From Callorhinchus milii (Eukaryota): DNA of 64,000 nt. The stretch spans positions 50,222,001-50,286,000 of the forward strand of contig NW_024704742.1 in NCBI RefSeq assembly GCF_018977255.1. Reading direction: 5' to 3'. Positions 63,391 to 64,000 of the stretch are shown piece by piece (positions within the stretch are counted from its first letter, which is position 1; the number at the start of each line of letters is the position of its first letter). Under the pieces are notes generated by a model. It worked only from the letters and a program-made list of their open reading frames with translations, made no database searches and was not told the DNA's origin. Position numbers and translations under genes: made by a program.

Positions 63391-63930
63391 TGACCATCCC
63401 CGGTGGGGGGTTATCGGCACCAAGGTGACGTGTTTGGCAACGGAATGTCAGAATTGAGCCAGACCCCTGTGGCAGTCTTGTTAGTCCAGTTCCAGAGCCA
63501 GGAGGGTCTACAGTATTCCAAGGCACTGCTGATGACAGCAAAGCCAGTCTGGCTCATCAGCAGGACCTGGAAGGGCAGACCTGTCACTTAGGGCAGGGAG
63601 TCATCCCAATCAGCTAATGTTAACCCTGCAAGCCAAAACCCTAATCGATAGGGTGGTCCTAGCTGGAGAAGCATCAAGAAAACTTTCATTGCCAAGCTGT
63701 GTGATTTTAGCTGGTTAGACGCAAGCAGTACCCCAACACCTACTCTGGTGTCCCCAAGTCTTGCCTCTTACCACCTGCACCTAATACATTCTGGAATTCT
63801 GGAATGTATTCCATTCCACCAATCTATCTCTGGGATTTCCTCTTGTAGGTGGGATACATGAAAATCTCAGCTTGGTTTGGGTACTCTTAAGTATGGTGAT
63901 GGGTTTCCGCATGTGTCAGACATCCGACTA
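63391..63930 (+). repeat. Longest copy of the unnamed structured dispersed repeat
   Basis: Its 5' part matches 19160-19350; its 3' part matches 11400-11710, 38640-38720 and the reverse complements of 13045-13312 and 37485-37712. Confidence 0.85.
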
Positions 63931-64000
63931 ACAGTCCCACTCCTCCCGAAAAAAAATATTTTAATGGGGAGTTTGGAACTGAATGCTCCCCTCATTCAAC

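Noticed and set aside
63529..63563. CTGATGA as a hammerhead ribozyme core or ATGA as a SECIS core
   Set aside because: The motif is itself base-paired to TCATCAG. No correctly placed GAAA (hammerhead) or opposing GA (SECIS) follows.
63615..63655. Telomerase RNA template (AACCCTAA-like)
   Set aside because: Not the full vertebrate CTAACCCTAA template, no recognisable pseudoknot or H/ACA layout, and the family is multi-copy.

Overview
Vertebrate genomic DNA: AT-rich and CpG-depleted. The repeat content points to a cartilaginous fish, probably a holocephalan such as Callorhinchus (inference from the SINE/LINE families). No host protein-coding gene is confidently recognisable; the window reads as a large intron or intergenic region dominated by retroposons. 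Contents: a 1.4-kb cryptic (TG)n satellite; one 5'-truncated CR1 LINE whose ORF2 is broken by a single stop codon; many L2 LINE fragments (nested, internally deleted or rearranged); a tRNA-Ala-headed SINE in long and short forms that shares the L2 3' tail; older DeuSINE-type copies; and a decayed tRNA-Asp. The features these repeats do not explain are: (1) a 763-bp segment bounded by 150-bp inverted repeats (140/150 identical) around a CpG-retaining core; (2) an unnamed dispersed repeat family (6 copies) with conserved and partly covarying stems; (3) two adjacent near-perfect hairpins at about 36.0-36.2 kb; (4) a 119-bp direct duplication with a CGAGAT-repeat junction; (5) a CpG-rich, open-frame island behind an L2 tail; (6) several minus-strand exon-like segments with good splice sites that do not chain into a known protein. 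None of these is demonstrated to be a novel system.
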